DNA of 64,000 nucleotides, from the NCBI GenBank assembly GCA_030704615.1, contig CM060732.1:26722001-26786000 (forward strand). The letters are read 5' to 3'. Under the pieces are notes generated by a model. It ran no database searches, was not told the origin of the DNA, and saw nothing but the letters and a program-made list of their open reading frames with translations. Made by a program: the position numbers and the translations under genes. The DNA comes from Takakia lepidozioides (taxonomy: Eukaryota; Plantae; Bryophyta). Below are positions 25,552-39,700 of this stretch, piece after piece (position 1 is the first letter of the stretch; every line of letters starts with the position of its first letter).

Positions 25552-28500
25552 TCACATGTAGTAGTGCTTGCACCGGACACCGTTCACTAGGTTGGGGAAC
25601 TCCACTCCCCTTAGTGTATCTAGTTGTAATGAGCCGTTGTCAAAGACTGTCTTGATGAGATACGGGCCCACCCAGTATGAGTCGAACTTGGCTTTGAACT
25701 CATAGTTCTGACTGTCGAATAATAGTACAAGATCTCCTGGATCGAAGATTCTCTTTTTGCGCTTAACATCGAAGCGAGCCTTCCTTTGCCGTTGCACTGC
25801 CTCAATGTGTTGAGCTGCTGCTTGCCGGAGTTCATCCAATCCTTACAACATCTCGAGTCGTTCCTTTAATGACTCTGATGTCGCCAACCGTTCGGTAATG
25901 GCCAATCATAGAGATGGGATTTCTGTCTCGATTGGCATGATGGACTCTACCCCATAAACCAATGAAAAGGGGGTATGTCGAGTAGTTACCTTATGGGTTG
26001 TGCGAAATGCCCACAAGGCCAAAATTAACTTGATGTCCCAATCCCTCTTGTGCTCCCTGATTGTCTTGGAGAGAATGTTGCACAGGGTTTGGTTGGCGCA
26101 CTCCACCTGCCCACTCGTTTGTGGATGATAAGGGGTTGTCTTTCAATGCTTGATGGAGAATGCCACCATCATTTCCTCGATGACGTCGTTGATGAAGTGA
26201 GATCCTCTGTCACTCACTATCTATTTTGGGCATCCGAACCGGGAAATGATATATTCATAAATGAAAGAAGCGGTTATCTGTGCGTTGGCCCTCTTAACTG
26301 CTTTGACTTCTGCCCACTTGGTCAGATACTCAGTGGCTACAATGATGTAGTGATTTTGTCGACTCGATGCAGGGTGTACTTCCCCTACATAGTCGATCCC
26401 CCACTTCTCAACGGAACAAGGGGGAGAGTGGGAACTAACGGCATTCCGAGCCTGTTATCCCATTTGGCGTACTTCTGACAAGAGTTGCATTTTCGCACAT
26501 GCATGTACGCATCTTTGAACATGGAGGGCCAGTTGTATCCTGCCTTCAAAGCCTTCTGCACTATGAGCCGCCCTGCAAAGTGTCCTCCGCACATGCTATC
26601 ATGGGCTGACTCTAAAATCTGGGGAACCTCCTCCAGGGTGACGCATCGCCTCAAGAGTCCATCCAATCCCCTTCTATAAAGTTGCCCTCCCACAAGGGCA
26701 AACTTCATGATGCGCAGTCGAAGCCTTCGTTGCGCATGTCGATCCAATCCTGGGGGAAATTCTAGGGTGCTTAAATACTGAGCTATGTGTTCATACCATG
26801 GAGGAACGGTCTCTATGAAGAACAAAAATGCATCCGGGAAGTCATCGTCAACAGGCTTGGCCCCTGTTTCCTCCGACAATCGGAAAAGGTGATCGGCCTG
26901 AGCATTAAGCCTTCCGGGCTTGTAGTCAAATTCCTGAAGCAGAATAACCCACCTGGCTATTAATTGGGTTTGTTGATCAGGTATCGTAATGCCATGTGAT
27001 CAACAAAAAAAATGAAAGGTGTCTCCAACAGGTAATGCCGATACTTTTTTACGGCAAAAATCATTCCCAGAGCCTCCCGCTCCATGGTACTATACCTCGT
27101 TTCGGCGAATGTCAGCTGTCGACTGGCGAAAGATATTGGATGATCATGGCCATCAGCATCTGGTTGGCACAGGGCATAGCCTATGGCTGTCGCTGAAGCA
27201 TCAACGTAAACATGGAAAGGCCTGTTCCAGTCGGGAGCGGCCAAAACGGGAGCGGACACCAATCGCTGCTTGAGTGTCTCGAAAGACTCCTGACACCCTG
27301 TATTCCAGGAAATTACCTGGTTCTTCTTCAATAATCGAGTCAGAGGTAAGGCCTCTGCTGCATACTTGTCCATAAATTTCCTATACCACCTAGTGTGGCC
27401 AAAGAACCCTTTCACCTTAGATGATGTCTCTGGTGTGGGCAATTCGACTATGACGCTCACCTTTGCTGGATCTGTCGCCACGCCATCTTTGGACACTATG
27501 TGCCATAGTAGCAGTCCATGTGTGACTGCAAACACGCACTTCATTGGGTTGAGAGAGATCCCATTCTCCCTGCACCGGATGAAGCACTCCCGTAATGCTG
27601 CAGGGTATTTGCAGGATTGGGTGTCTCAGTTTTTGTGTAACATGGCAGTTTCTGCAATGACCTCCCTCCATGGTTTTACCCATATTTGTCCAACAACTCA
27701 ATATTTCATCTAAATTTATATGGTATAGGGTTTCTAACTACAATAGGTATGTGTACCAATTGTTAGATTGCAAAAACAATCATGTACCAGAGAGCCATGG
27801 ACTTTTAAAGTTGATTACTGTGGAGTGCAGATGTTACACATAAAATCTTATGGACTGAAAAAACATCATATACACTCATACACTGGCACAAAGGAAAACA
27901 CACTAGGGGTGCCATTTTTAAATCCAACCCAAATCCACTTTTATATGGACTAGTTATCTTAGGAATTGAGAGCTATGGACTATTTTGCACATAAAAACAG
28001 GTTGATTTGCTCTAGTCCATAGCATCTTATGTTTTGGGTTTTTGAGGTGTTGTTTTTTACTAAAAAGGCATACAAACCTATAATCTAGAGGTGCCAGGTG
28101 GTATATGGACAAGTGGTTGTAAACTCTAGATTTTGACGTCTAAATGTTTTTTCAAGTTAAAGATTAAAATATCTAATAAAGAATGTTTTCAGTATTTGAG
28201 GAGGGACTCTTTACTAAAAATGTTATGTATACTACTATCTATCTATAAAAAATAAACTGAAAGTAATAGACTCCAAAAAAATAAAAATCCATGGACTTCC
28301 AGTGGACTCAACATGTGCCGCTTTTGATCCACCCAATCCTGCAACTGCCCTGCAACGTGATCTTTTGCATCCCCATTGCAACAAAAGTCATCTAAGAAGA
28401 TGACCAAATTTCTTCTCACGATGTCTGAGAAGGCATACGTCATGACCCTCTGAAACGTCAGGGGTGCGTTGCACAGGCCAAAGGGCATCCGTGTATAGGC

Positions 28501-29704
28501 AAAGATGCCCCATGGTGAAGTAAAGGTGGTTTTCAACACGTCCTTTGGGTCAATCAATACCTGATTGTATCAATCAATACCTGATTGTACCCTGAACAGC
28601 CATCCATGAAGGAGTAGAGCTCCTTTCCTGCTACTTCTTCCACCAAAGTATCTATGAATGACAAGGGAAAATGATCATTGTTCGTTATCTTGTTAAGGGG
28701 GCGGAAGTCCACGCATACCCTTAGGCCTCCATTCTTCTTTCGGACAATCACCATCGGGGACACCCATGTCGATGTTTCCACCGGGAAAATAAATTCTGCG
28801 GCCAGCAGCTTTTCAATCTCTGCTTTAATGAGCAGTGTTAAGTTGGGTTTCACCCTCCTCTCCCGTTGTCGTCTTGGGGTGGCTCCCGGAATCAGGGGGA
28901 TGGAATGCATTGCCACGTAAGAAGGCACTCCCTTCAATTCAGTGTAGGACCATGCAAAATGTCCCGAAATTCCTTGAACAGTGCCTGATACTCCAAGGCC
29001 TGCTCTGTTGTCAAGTGGGCTCCCACCTTCATCATCTTTGGTGACTCTCCTCCAACTACCATGTCGATCAACTGCGACGTTGGTTCTGATGTGAAATGCG
29101 ACCTTGGCTCAAATCAAGATCCGTTTGATCCCTGCTGCAAATAAGGAATGTAAGGGACGCTATGTTTCAGGACATCCCTTTCTAGGTCCACCTCCTCTAC
29201 AAATCTCATATCCAGAATCTCGCCGTTTTCCTCCTGAGGAATCTCTTGTTCCTGCAGACCAATCCGTTCGGCGGATATGGAAAACAATTCGGTCAATGAC
29301 TTGAACTCTGAAGTGCCTCGGTTGATACCGAGTGTATCATCATTTCCCTGCCTTGGTTTTCTCCGAACAACTAGGCAATGCAGTCTGCATCAGACTCGTA
29401 TTCATACAATCCCGGTCCTAGAGATTTGACTGCGTCTTCTAGTCCTACCTTTCTTCGCTTAACCTCCCTGTGAGGCGCGGCCGCTGATGCTAAGACTTGG
29501 TGGGCATGCGAGATGGGGAGGAGCTCTCCCTCTGACCACAAATCCTCCTCACTCAAGTCTGCAGACTCCTCTTCAGAGCCAATCATGCTGAGCTCATCCT
29601 CATCTGTTTCTTCGTGAGGTGCTCCAGAAAGAAATGCAACAGTAATAGTGTAAGGTCTTATCCCATAACTAATGGTGCCTGCCCCCCCAATCCGTTCGTG
29701 TCCT
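25552..29704 (-). mobile_element. Decayed Ty3/Gypsy pol (protease end, RT, RNase H, integrase)
   Basis: RT motifs LRVCVDFRPLNK, YNQV, MPFGLCNAP, IFLDDF; RNase H HVYVDAS...EREALG; integrase H-x6-H...C-x2-C and C-terminal WVGPY. Order is RT-RH-INT. Frameshifts include a 20-bp tandem duplication at ~28551-28590. Confidence 0.93.
27603..28350. mobile_element. Non-autonomous TIR element (MITE) inserted in the Gypsy RT
   Basis: TIRs gggtatttgcaggattgggtg and cacccaatcctgcaactgccc (19/21), flanked by TGCA on both sides. Removing it restores the RT frame (DHVAALRECF). Confidence 0.88.
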
Positions 29705-30462
29705 TGTTAGAGGGCTGGTTGGGACTTAAGACATTTTTTATGGGTTCTGTGGGGTACCCTTAATTTTTGCGTAGACTTACGATGGTAGACTTAGACCAAC
29801 ACAGGCTTAGGGGGTGGTACACAAGGTTGCACAACCAGTCACAGCCATACACAGTCTTACACAGCTTGACGCAGCCTTACACAGTCTGTCACAGCCAGTC
29901 ACAACCCGACACAGCACAAGTCAGCCCGACATAGCTTTACACAGCCAGTCACAGCTCGGCACAGTCACAGCCTGTCACAACGTACATAGGGAACGGTTAT
30001 CATTGGCAGGGAACGACTGTGTGGGAACGACATCTGCAGAGGGAACGTGCTTACTTATTAGGTGACAGTTAGTTAGTTAGGTGGTTAGAACAGCTTGTAG
30101 ATAAATTAGGCAGAGCAAGCATCATGGGGACACTTCACGAGAGCACTTCTTGGTCATTCACGAGAGGAGATGAGGCAGGGAGCAGGAACGGAAGCAAAGA
30201 TGAAGAGCACGGTGAAGGAGGAGAGATGATTAGTAGATGCTTGATACATGCAAAGCTGTAGTGATATACGGTAGAGCAGGCTAGGGACACCATGGCTTTG
30301 GCCTGATATATGATAAGTCTTAATCTGATACTTATTCGATACAAACACACTGGGTAGAGAGACTTGAGTGAAGCTGTAGAATGAATGGATGCGTGAATGG
30401 GACCTGATAGATACTGAAGCAATCTGATGCTTAAGTATACACAGTAAGGTAAATTGCTAACA
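29705..30462. repeat. Candidate LTR (TGTTAG...CTAACA) interrupting the Gypsy protease region, with ACAGCC/GTCAC tandem motifs
   Basis: 6-bp terminal inverted repeat. The repeat block at ~29830-29980 is the reverse complement of the GTGACAGGCTGT motif at 45797-46160. No matching TSD. Confidence 0.4.
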
Positions 30463-33400
30463 TGAAGGCAAGAAGAAATACGAACATGAAGCACCACCAT
30501 GATACACTAGCTATAGGTCATGACTGATTGTTCTGAGCGGGCTGAGTGCTTAGAGATATCCAACACTTCTATCTTGGAGTTTCCACCCAGGATAACAAAG
30601 GGATGGGTGAGTAAAAGCCGCTCGACATTTGGCGACCATACTGGGGACATGGGGCAAGAACAACCAGATGTGACAGACATCTGGTGGGATCATGGTGGTT
30701 GGAGAATTAAAGAATTTGATGTGAATCAAATTTCCTGTGGAACTGAGAAAGAAAGGTTGTCCAAACAGTTCTTTCAGAGATTCTTGGAATTGCCAGACGG
30801 TTGCAAAGAAAACATTCTTAAGAGAGTGCATGATGATGATCCTAAGTGGGGTCTGGATAAAGGGGTGATAAAGGTTTATCAAGTGGCCTATAGAGGGAGA
30901 GCAAGTTGGTTACCAACACTGGTTTATGTGATAGCGTTGCTATCCATTAAACGAGTGGAGTTTGAAGGCTGGGAGGAACGAAAAGTGAATGTTTACACTC
31001 ATATGCATGAAGAATTGGTACTGGTAAAGAATTGGATTCCTAAGGATATCCTGTGGATCAAGCTTACACCGAGAACAACTTTCTAGACGTGCTTGCCATA
31101 TGGTTATATGGTAACGGAGACTTCTAGTATAGCCAAGGGTGCATTGAAGCTTGAAAGAAACCCAGGTATATACGAGAGATACTACAGAAGAGAGTTTTGG
31201 TCCACCACCCCGACCACCTCCCGTAGACCCCATCTGCTTAAGTATCATGCGCGATGTCTAGACTACGGGCAATCGATATGGGACAATGCAGGACCAATGC
31301 GATTATGATTTACGACCTACCTGCTGTTACTTATACCTACCTTCTAGGTGGTATTAGAACGAGATACCTTGTAGGTAAATGGTCCACGACAGCTATCATG
31401 CAGCCTGGTGTTGGGCAATCTTCTGGCTTCCCTTCTTTGCATCCCGTGGCTATGACTACATTAGGCAATCAGCCTATAACTGGGCCAAGGTGAGACTAAT
31501 TTACCCTCACAGCCAGATGAATATTCTAGATGTAGATTTAGAGCACAGTTGTGTTTTATGTAAAGATGCAATATGGTCCTTCCCTTCTCATCCTTCCCTG
31601 AGTGTGTCATCAAACAAATCTTCCCCTCAAAGGCAGCAAATTGATTCCCTTCAATTTACAGGGTCAAAATGAAATTGTATCATTGTCTTCTTGAACACTT
31701 GCTCTGAAACTCGACCCTGAGTCTGGTCTGTAATGTATGAAATCACTAAAACATTATTCCTACAATATGCTCCACTAGTCTTACATTCGAGTATTACCAA
31801 CCAGTCAACAACCAGCTTTATTGACGGAATCTCTGAATCAGGTCCATGAGTCCAAAAGGATCCATCCAACCTATGTTGAAAAGACTGTGAATTGCACCAT
31901 TAAACTGATTGAGTGGTCTTCCAAGTGCACCATGTTCACCCTGCTACATGGCTTGAGGCAACTGTACATTGCCGGATGTTGAAAGTGTTGGTCCATCAAT
32001 AGAAAATGGTATGATTGCACCTGCATGAAGATCCTCATACAGAGGTGCATTGGAACTGCTTGGCATTACAGAGTTATGAACAACACCATTGGAACTGCTT
32101 GGCATTGCAGAGTCATGAACAACATCAGAGTCAGTTGTTGAATTTTCTTCAAGTGCCTCCCAATCATAATGATAAAGATCTCTCTTTGAAATATCCAGAG
32201 AAGATTCATCTGATTGTTTAGCTATTTTGTCCTTCCTTTTGATGGCACATTTCAACTCATAGTCGGTAATAGCTCTCTCCATCTGAGAACGAGATCCTAG
32301 TTGAGGGGACACCATCAATTCCAAAGCTGGCAGACTAGAAGGCACTTGAGGTTGAGAGATAGCCAACGGCACAGAGGCCAATTTAGGAGAGATGTCTGAT
32401 GGCAAAGAGGTCGGCACAAAAAGAAGATGACCAGAACGTGCAGGGATCTGTGGACTAGTATCTAGAGGGTATACATCTGCAATTTGCCTTGGTTGATAAC
32501 CAAATGATTGGTTTGGACGAAAATTTGGATAACAAGTGTCAAGTCCTGACTGCCTTAAGTAAGGAGATCTAGGATTTGTACGTCGTTCGAAAGGTCGCGC
32601 GTAAGGCTGTGGAGACATATGGTAAGATAGACCTGCCCATCCCGACTCTGCCCAGATATCCTACTTGTCCACGGCTTACCCATCAATGCCCCCCTACCCA
32701 CTTCCCCTTCCCCAGAACTCACCATTCACTTCCCCTATCCACACCGCCAGTATAATCGCGTTACGAGATAATCTTAAAATCCCTATCCCCCCGATCCACA
32801 AATGCTTTAAGGCCATTCACCTCACTGCGCTTCGCTCCCTAACAGCTATCATCACCAATAAGCGGCAACTTGAGCAAATCCCTCTGCGGTACCCCAGGGC
32901 ACCCCCAAGTACCCTAGGTACCCTAGGTACCGCTATCCTATCTACTACTTCCCCTTGGACACCCGGTGTCCCCTGGACACCTGTTTCTTTATAGGGCCCA
33001 CCCCCGAAAGGGGTAGTAGCCGTGAGGCGAAGTGGCTCTTAGCTACACCAGCTTCGTCCGGAGTCTTCTCTCTCTTGGTACCTGAATCGGTGTAACCCCG
33101 TGTAACCTTGATGTCCCATGTGTAACTCTTTTTAATCCATTTTATACTTAACCAGATTTGGACTTGGTCAAATTTCGAGACCAAGTGTAGAGTTACACAT
33201 CCCCATCATGTAATCCTAAGTGGAACTACACTCCCCACCGTGTAACTCAGCGTAACCCCCCATTGGAGTTTACACTCTTTTAGTTCCATGTCACTCTCAC
33301 GAATGGGTGGGGAAGATTTGACATGCAGGAAACCGGCATAGCGTCCTCTCAAATGTTGCGCTTGTGCATTAAGTTCTTACCTCATTTCTCAGATGTCGCT

Positions 33401-33549
33401 CGGGTTCTGAATAATGTTGGAAAGCTGTCAATGAGTAGGGGTGCATCGAGGTGGTATTATAAATTTTGGACCTATGGTGTGGGAGATATTGAATTTTAAA
33501 TATTTTTCCTCACTAAAAATTCATGAAAAGAAAAGACCTCTTTTATAGT

Positions 33550-34628
33550 TGTGCTCAACGGCACAGGCCACACTGGTGGAAGAGCCCTCTGACCGCCTTG
33601 GTCCCAACAATCACACCATCTCCCAGCAGGAAATAAATGAATGGGACATGCTCTGCATGTCAGTAGGGCTGCTGGACGCCACTCAACCTCTGGTTAACGA
33701 GTTGAAGTTCTCATGGTCAAATAATAAAGACCCGCTGGAGATTTGCCAAGCAAGGCTGGTTTCTACTGCACTGCCAACCTCCACACCTGGGTCAGACACG
33801 TCCCCTTAGGGCCAATATTGCCAGGGTTTGACCATGCATGAAATAAACCTCATCCCAACAAGGACCAGAGCAAAGGGCAGTGGATACTTCAAGCTAAAAC
33901 CCAGCATGCTCAAGGAAGTGGGGGTTGTTCAGTCACTTTTTGAGGCATGGGTTGCTGTGAAACCCCCCTTCATCCCACCAACCCTCATCTTCCTTCATAA
34001 GTTCCAAGAGACAAGAAAGCTTTGCCAACTTATCTCTCTAAAAAAAAGCGGAGGAAGCCAAGAGAAGGGAGAGAGCTCTGACAAAATGCTTACACGTCTG
34101 TCAATACCAGATCCAAGCTGGGAAGCAAGGGCCATAGACCTTATCATCGTTCAGAATGGCGAAGAGCAATTTGTCCACCTTCTTGCACTCCAAGGAGCAG
34201 AACTTCAGAATCAAAGCGGAAGCGGGGGTCAACTGGTCCATTGGGGGAGAGAAAATGACCAAGCACTTCTTATGAAAGCTAAACAAAGGAGATCTGTAAA
34301 CCTGGTGACATCTCTTAGAGATGTAAATGGGTCTGTGCACACTGACCCTCAAAAGTTGTCTGAGATAGCTGCGGATTTTTTCAAAAGGTTGTAATCCATC
34401 TCTGCAATCTGATGAGGCCAGACACATTCTCATTCACCACACTCCTTACTCTCTGTCCTCTCAAGAAAGTCTGGATCTTAGTGCCCCGTTTACTGAGGAC
34501 AAATTGGGCAAGGCAGTTGAAGCACTGGCCCCATTGAAAGCCCCGGGCCTTGATGGAGTCCCCATTGTTTTTTTCAAAGTGCTTTGGTCCACGCTAGCGA
34601 AGGATTTCCTCTCTATGGCTAATGCTCA
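33550..34628 (+). mobile_element. L1-like LINE ORF2 fragment (end of endonuclease to pre-RT)
   Basis: GYFKLKPSML, LVTSLRDVNG...ADFFKRL and PFTEDKLGKAVEALAPLKAPGLDGVPIVFFK (KAPGPDG-type motif). Confidence 0.8.
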
Positions 34629-35156
34629 GTGAGGCGGACCTGAACACTGCAGAGTTTCTTGGTGACTGTGAAGGAAACTCAGTCTCCAGATTGACACTGC
34701 AGCCCCAGAAGGCGTAAAGGGAAAAAAAATAAAATCTATGTACCTAGATCTCAAACACAAGCATCTCTCTAGCGTTAGTAATGTATCAAGAATAATATCC
34801 CTCTTAAACATTTCTTACCCAACATTTCATCATCATCAGAAAAGTGACATTAACAGAACCTATGAGAGTCCTTGGGAGGTAGATGGAATCTCAAGAAAAA
34901 TCAGCTCAAATTCCCCACCACAAAGCTCCTTGGCTTACAAGCTCAGTAGCTTACTCTTTTGTACAATTTCCTTCTCTAGGCATCTCTTCTATTATGATCA
35001 ATAGCAGACAATTTCTGTCACTACTGCAAGTTGAACCTAACTTACAGAAAACAGAAGGTTCAGTGAACTTATAGAAAACAGAAGCCACACTTACCATGGA
35101 ATGCTATCTTTTCACTTTTCTGCAATATTAAAAAGATACTTGATTTGCATTATGAC

Positions 35157-35830
35157 CAGTGTTGGACTGGTATGTCCAATTTTTAATACCAGACTGGTCC
35201 TGGTATGAAGGGTCCCACCCCTTTTTCATACCATGCTGGTATAGGTATCTATACAGGTATGAGCAACTTGGGTATGAATCTGGTAAGAGTAGTTGTACTT
35301 TGGGCTGTATATGAGTATGGTACTGGTATTGCCCTTTCTCTGTAGTGATATTGGGGGGGGTATGAGCACTGGTATGGTATTTCTACAGCTCACCATACAT
35401 AGAAATACGTTGGGAGGTAAATGTCCTCGCTCCTGGAAGGCCGTGTAAATAAAGCTAAGTAGGGATTGATGAAAACCAAACTTCTTTTGGATAAGCCAGT
35501 GGTAAAAGACACAATGTATCAAGAGTGATTGAAGTAGTAGTTGAAGTTTGCGGGTCATAATCAGTGTTGGACTGGTATACCTGGTTGAACCTAGGTATGG
35601 AATACAGGTATATTGAAGAACATACCAGTCAAGTATGAAAGAACCAGTGTACTCATGTGATACACGTACTGGGGGAGTATGGCTTTAGGATTCCCCCCAC
35701 ACATACCATACCAGTCTGGGTATATGGAGGAATAGCATGGTCCCCATACCAGTATTGCGGTGAGTTCATGGCGAATGGAGGTAGGTATGAGTATATGTTA
35801 GTGCAGCTAGTTATACCCTGTACTACAATT
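35157..35830. mobile_element. hAT-like MITE remnants (CAGTGTTGG termini, GGTAT/ATACC-rich)
   Basis: cagtgttggactggtat at ~35157 and ~35562. Related ends at ~40727, ~42694 and (reverse) ~63808. Confidence 0.45.
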
Positions 35831-36067
35831 TGGTTAATTCAAGGCTCCATGTTGCAATTTAGACTTCATTTGCTGTTTCGTGCTACTTTGGGTTACCTTT
35901 GCCTAGTGTTTCACGGCTTGGATTAAAATTAGCTATGTGCAACATGCTAAGTTTGAGGGAGACTCCAAACTGGCCACCATCTTTCAGCTCATCCTCTCAT
36001 CATGGGGATGCATATACACCAAGATTAAGGAGAAGACTAAGTACGTATTAATTTGATTAAAAGGGAC

Positions 36068-36331
36068 CAGCGTTTTTCTTATTGGCGAATTTTCGCCAGA
36101 TTTCGACCTCAAAAAATAAAATAGAATATTCTGTCACAAATTCCCTGTTTTTTCATGGATGAAATCTCCAAATTTCTTCAAATAAAAAATAAATTATGGA
36201 TGAATGCGCCAAAATATGGATTGAAGTACATAAATGGATGAAATTCAGTGGATGAACAGAATGTACCGCTATTTTTTGCAAAACTCTGTAGCCACTCGTG
36301 CTGTTTTCCAAATTTCTTAAAAACAACACTG
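36068..36331. mobile_element. Dispersed GGATGAA-rich MITE-like repeat in the invertase upstream region
   Basis: Clear similarity to ~60626-60875 (tttcgacctcaaaaaataaaat.gaatattctgtca...catggatgaaatc). Ends cagcgtt...aacactg. Confidence 0.7.
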
Positions 36332-36759
36332 CTCCTGTCCCCTTTCATTTTTTTCTTTAAAAAGAAAAGTACGTACTACGAAAGGATAAGTGACACTCCC
36401 TCGATGGATGAAAAATGGCCGAAGGGCAACAGATTGCGGGGCGACAAGCGGCAGATTGCAGTGCCAGCGACACACGCTTGACTGCCAAGGGGAGGGTTGT
36501 CGCCGAGTCCACAACAGGCAGCGGACAAGAGGGTTAGGGATGTTCCTTCTTGCTTTCCGGATTCGTTTGCAGTGAATGTGAGAGTCTCTTGTGTTGAGAC
36601 ACCATCTGCCACTTCGTAGCTTTTGGTGCTCTTCCTTCTCTAGTTTCCGCCATACAAGCAGGTAGCTCTTATGCTGACTTTTCTTGCTCTGGGGGGAGTC
36701 CAGGTGTTGGAAGTTGCAATTTGACTCTGGAATTCTCTTTTTCCCGATAGTATCTCTTT

Positions 36760-39700
36760 ATGAATCCAAGTAGACCAGCGGCAGCATCCGTGGCAGCTCC
36801 TGCCTGTCAGTGCATCCTCGGCGCTGGGAGCGATTCTGACAGACTTTTGCATCTCGTTTCTAGCTCATCCCTTTCTAATCGGCCAAACTTCAGAAGTCCT
36901 TGGTCCAAACAGAGATGCGTGCTAATGCATAGCTTTCCTCTACACAAAATCTTTAGTTCATCAAATTTTACCTCTCAGGATTGTCTTCCTGAGAATCTGC
37001 CAAGCAAGTTCGCACGGAAGCTTTGCTCCAGCAGTTCAATTCGATATAAGCGCACTTTTAAAGGAGAAAGTGGGCTACTTCGAGGTGTTGGCTCGACCTC
37101 CCCCGATTGGCTTCGGAGCGCTGTTAGAAGCAGTCGGCCGCCCAGTCCATCGACTTGCCTCAAATGCGAGCAGAACTTTTCAGAACACTCGACGCACGAC
37201 GAAAATGGAGGCACCATATCAAAAGCTCTTTTAGAAGAGCGAAATATAAACGATGTTGCCTCCTCCATAGCTCAGAGGCTGAGGCCTGAGCGGAGGTTGT
37301 ACCCTCCATCGAATGGAATCAAAGAAGGTGGTTATGCCTCTTCTCCTAGCAGACCGATACAAGAGGTTCGACGAACGGAAACCAGCAACACTTTCCCAAC
37401 TTGCGAGAAGCCTCCAAAGGAGCATGTGGAAAGTGCAGTAGAGAGAGAGGCATGGGACCTCTTGAAATCGGCGGTGGTGTCGTATTGTGGCAATCCAGTA
37501 GGGACGATTGCTGCTAACGATCCCACCGATGCAAGCCCTCTTAATTACGATCAGGTGTTTATTCGTGATTTTATACCATCCGCCATTGCCTTCCTACTGA
37601 AAGGAGAACATGACATTGTGCGCAACTTCCTCCTCAATACTTTGCAATTACAGGTACTACTTTTAATCCAACGGCTTGAAAATACACAGTTCGCAAAGTA
37701 CGAAAGTTTAGGCGAATGCCATCGTGATGATTATTTTCAGAGTAGCCCTCAGGATCGTTCATCAGTTCCTAAGAGGAGAAGCTAGCGAGATAATCAGTTG
37801 TGGATTGCGGGTGGTCGGTGAATCGATCCTTTACTAAGGAGAAGGAGAAGGGCGGTATGCAACATACTGTCGAACTCCAGAGTTCCTTAAATCACTCTCT
37901 TTTCACGCTCATATGTGTTAGAAGTTAGAAACTGTTGCAATTGTGTCTTAAGGGTTATGACAAGTTTTCTTTCCACTGTCAGAGTTGGGAGAAAACAGTG
38001 GATTGCTACGATCCAGGGCGGGGCTTGATGCCAGCTAGTTTTAAAGTGCGAACTGTGCCCCTCGACGGGGATGAGGCAAATGGCACTGAGGAAATTTTGG
38101 ACCCAGATTTTGGGGAGGCAGCCATTGGTCGAGTGGCTCCAGTTGACTCTGGTAAAGTTAACTGTAGACTCTGGATTCTCTCAGATTTCCTGCACTGTTT
38201 CATAGTCACATTTTCATAAAATTGAGTCAACCGAGAGGGATATGTGATAGTTGCAGTCACTGTGCTATATGGCATGATTTATCCTGGCATTTTGTCTGCA
38301 TAAGGGTGGCAGTATCATAGGGTTGCTTTCCAGTCTCTTTAGGATCTTGTCTATGTCAGGAGCTTTTTAAAGAACCTGTTTAGAATCATGCAGCCTGCTC
38401 CCTTTTTATATGGTCCCATGCTGCTATTTGTCCATGTCTTCAGTACCAGGTCAAGTTCTCAAGTCTCTCAGTTACACAATCTGGTTGCAGAGGGTATGTA
38501 GCACAGGATGGTGTGCTTTTCTGTACTATGCTCCAATCTTCTCAGAGTCAACTTTCCAAGACTATCGATTTCAATTTAAGAACTGGTTTTTCTGTTTTTG
38601 GCATATTCACGCCTTTGCTTATAAGCGGATGCAACATGTTTTTATGGTTTTGGTTTGCACAACCTGGGAAGCAGGCTTATGGTGGATCATATTGCTAAGG
38701 GCGTATGGCAAGTGCACTGGGGACCTATTTTTACAGGAACGTGTCGATGTCCAGACAGGCATGAAGATGATGTTGAAACTGTGGCTGGCCGATGGCTTTG
38801 ACATGTTTCCCACTTTGCTAGTGACTGATGGCTCATGTATGATAGATCGGCGTATGGGCATCCATGGCCACCCACTCGAAATTCAGGTTTGTTAGGTCTC
38901 AGTATAGGTACTAATGAAGTTATTGTACAGTCACGGGAATCAACCTGTTGTGGCCCCACCATCCACTGCAACACAGTTGAATATGTGCCTTAATGTGAGT
39001 GTTTTTGGCTTCCAATCTAACCACACATCTGTTTAGATTTGTGCCCCAATTTTGTCCTTATAGACAATCAAGGTGATGGTAGACTAACTTCACCTAATGC
39101 CACATCCTGTGATAGTCGGTACTAGCTTGTTTGCCTTGACAGGTTGCTTAAACTCTTGGTGACATATCCGCAGATTTCAAAGCTTCTTGCAGACTGACAA
39201 AGTCAATTAACTTGTGCCAATTTGGGGGATTTGCAGTCTTTGTTCTACTCAGCTCTGCGATCTGCTCGAGAGATGCTTTTGCCGGAAGATGGAGCTCAGG
39301 AGATGATACGGCTAATTAATTCAAGACTGAGTGCTTTGTCATTTCATATCCAAGAGTATTTTTGGATAGACCTGAGGAAACTGAATGAGATTTATCGCTA
39401 CAAAACCGAAGAATACTCATATGACGCCGTGAACAAGTTCAACATCTACCCTGAACAGGTGTCTCCTTGGCTGGTGGAATGGATGCCTGACAATGGTGGT
39501 TATTTCATAGGCAACTTGCAGCCCGCGCACATGGATTTTCGATTTTTCTCCCTTGGCAATCTGTGGGCTATTTGTTGCTCTCTGGCGACCAAGGAGCAGG
39601 CTGAAGGAATTTTGGACTTGGTGGAAGCCAAGTGGGATGATCTGGTTGGGAATATGCCTTTCAAGATTAGTTATCCGTCTCTTGAAGAGGATGAATGGCG

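Noticed and set aside
31944-32618. 224-aa Pro/Ser-rich ORF with a 39-bp internal duplication
   Set aside because: Low complexity with no identifiable domain; probably a TE remnant.
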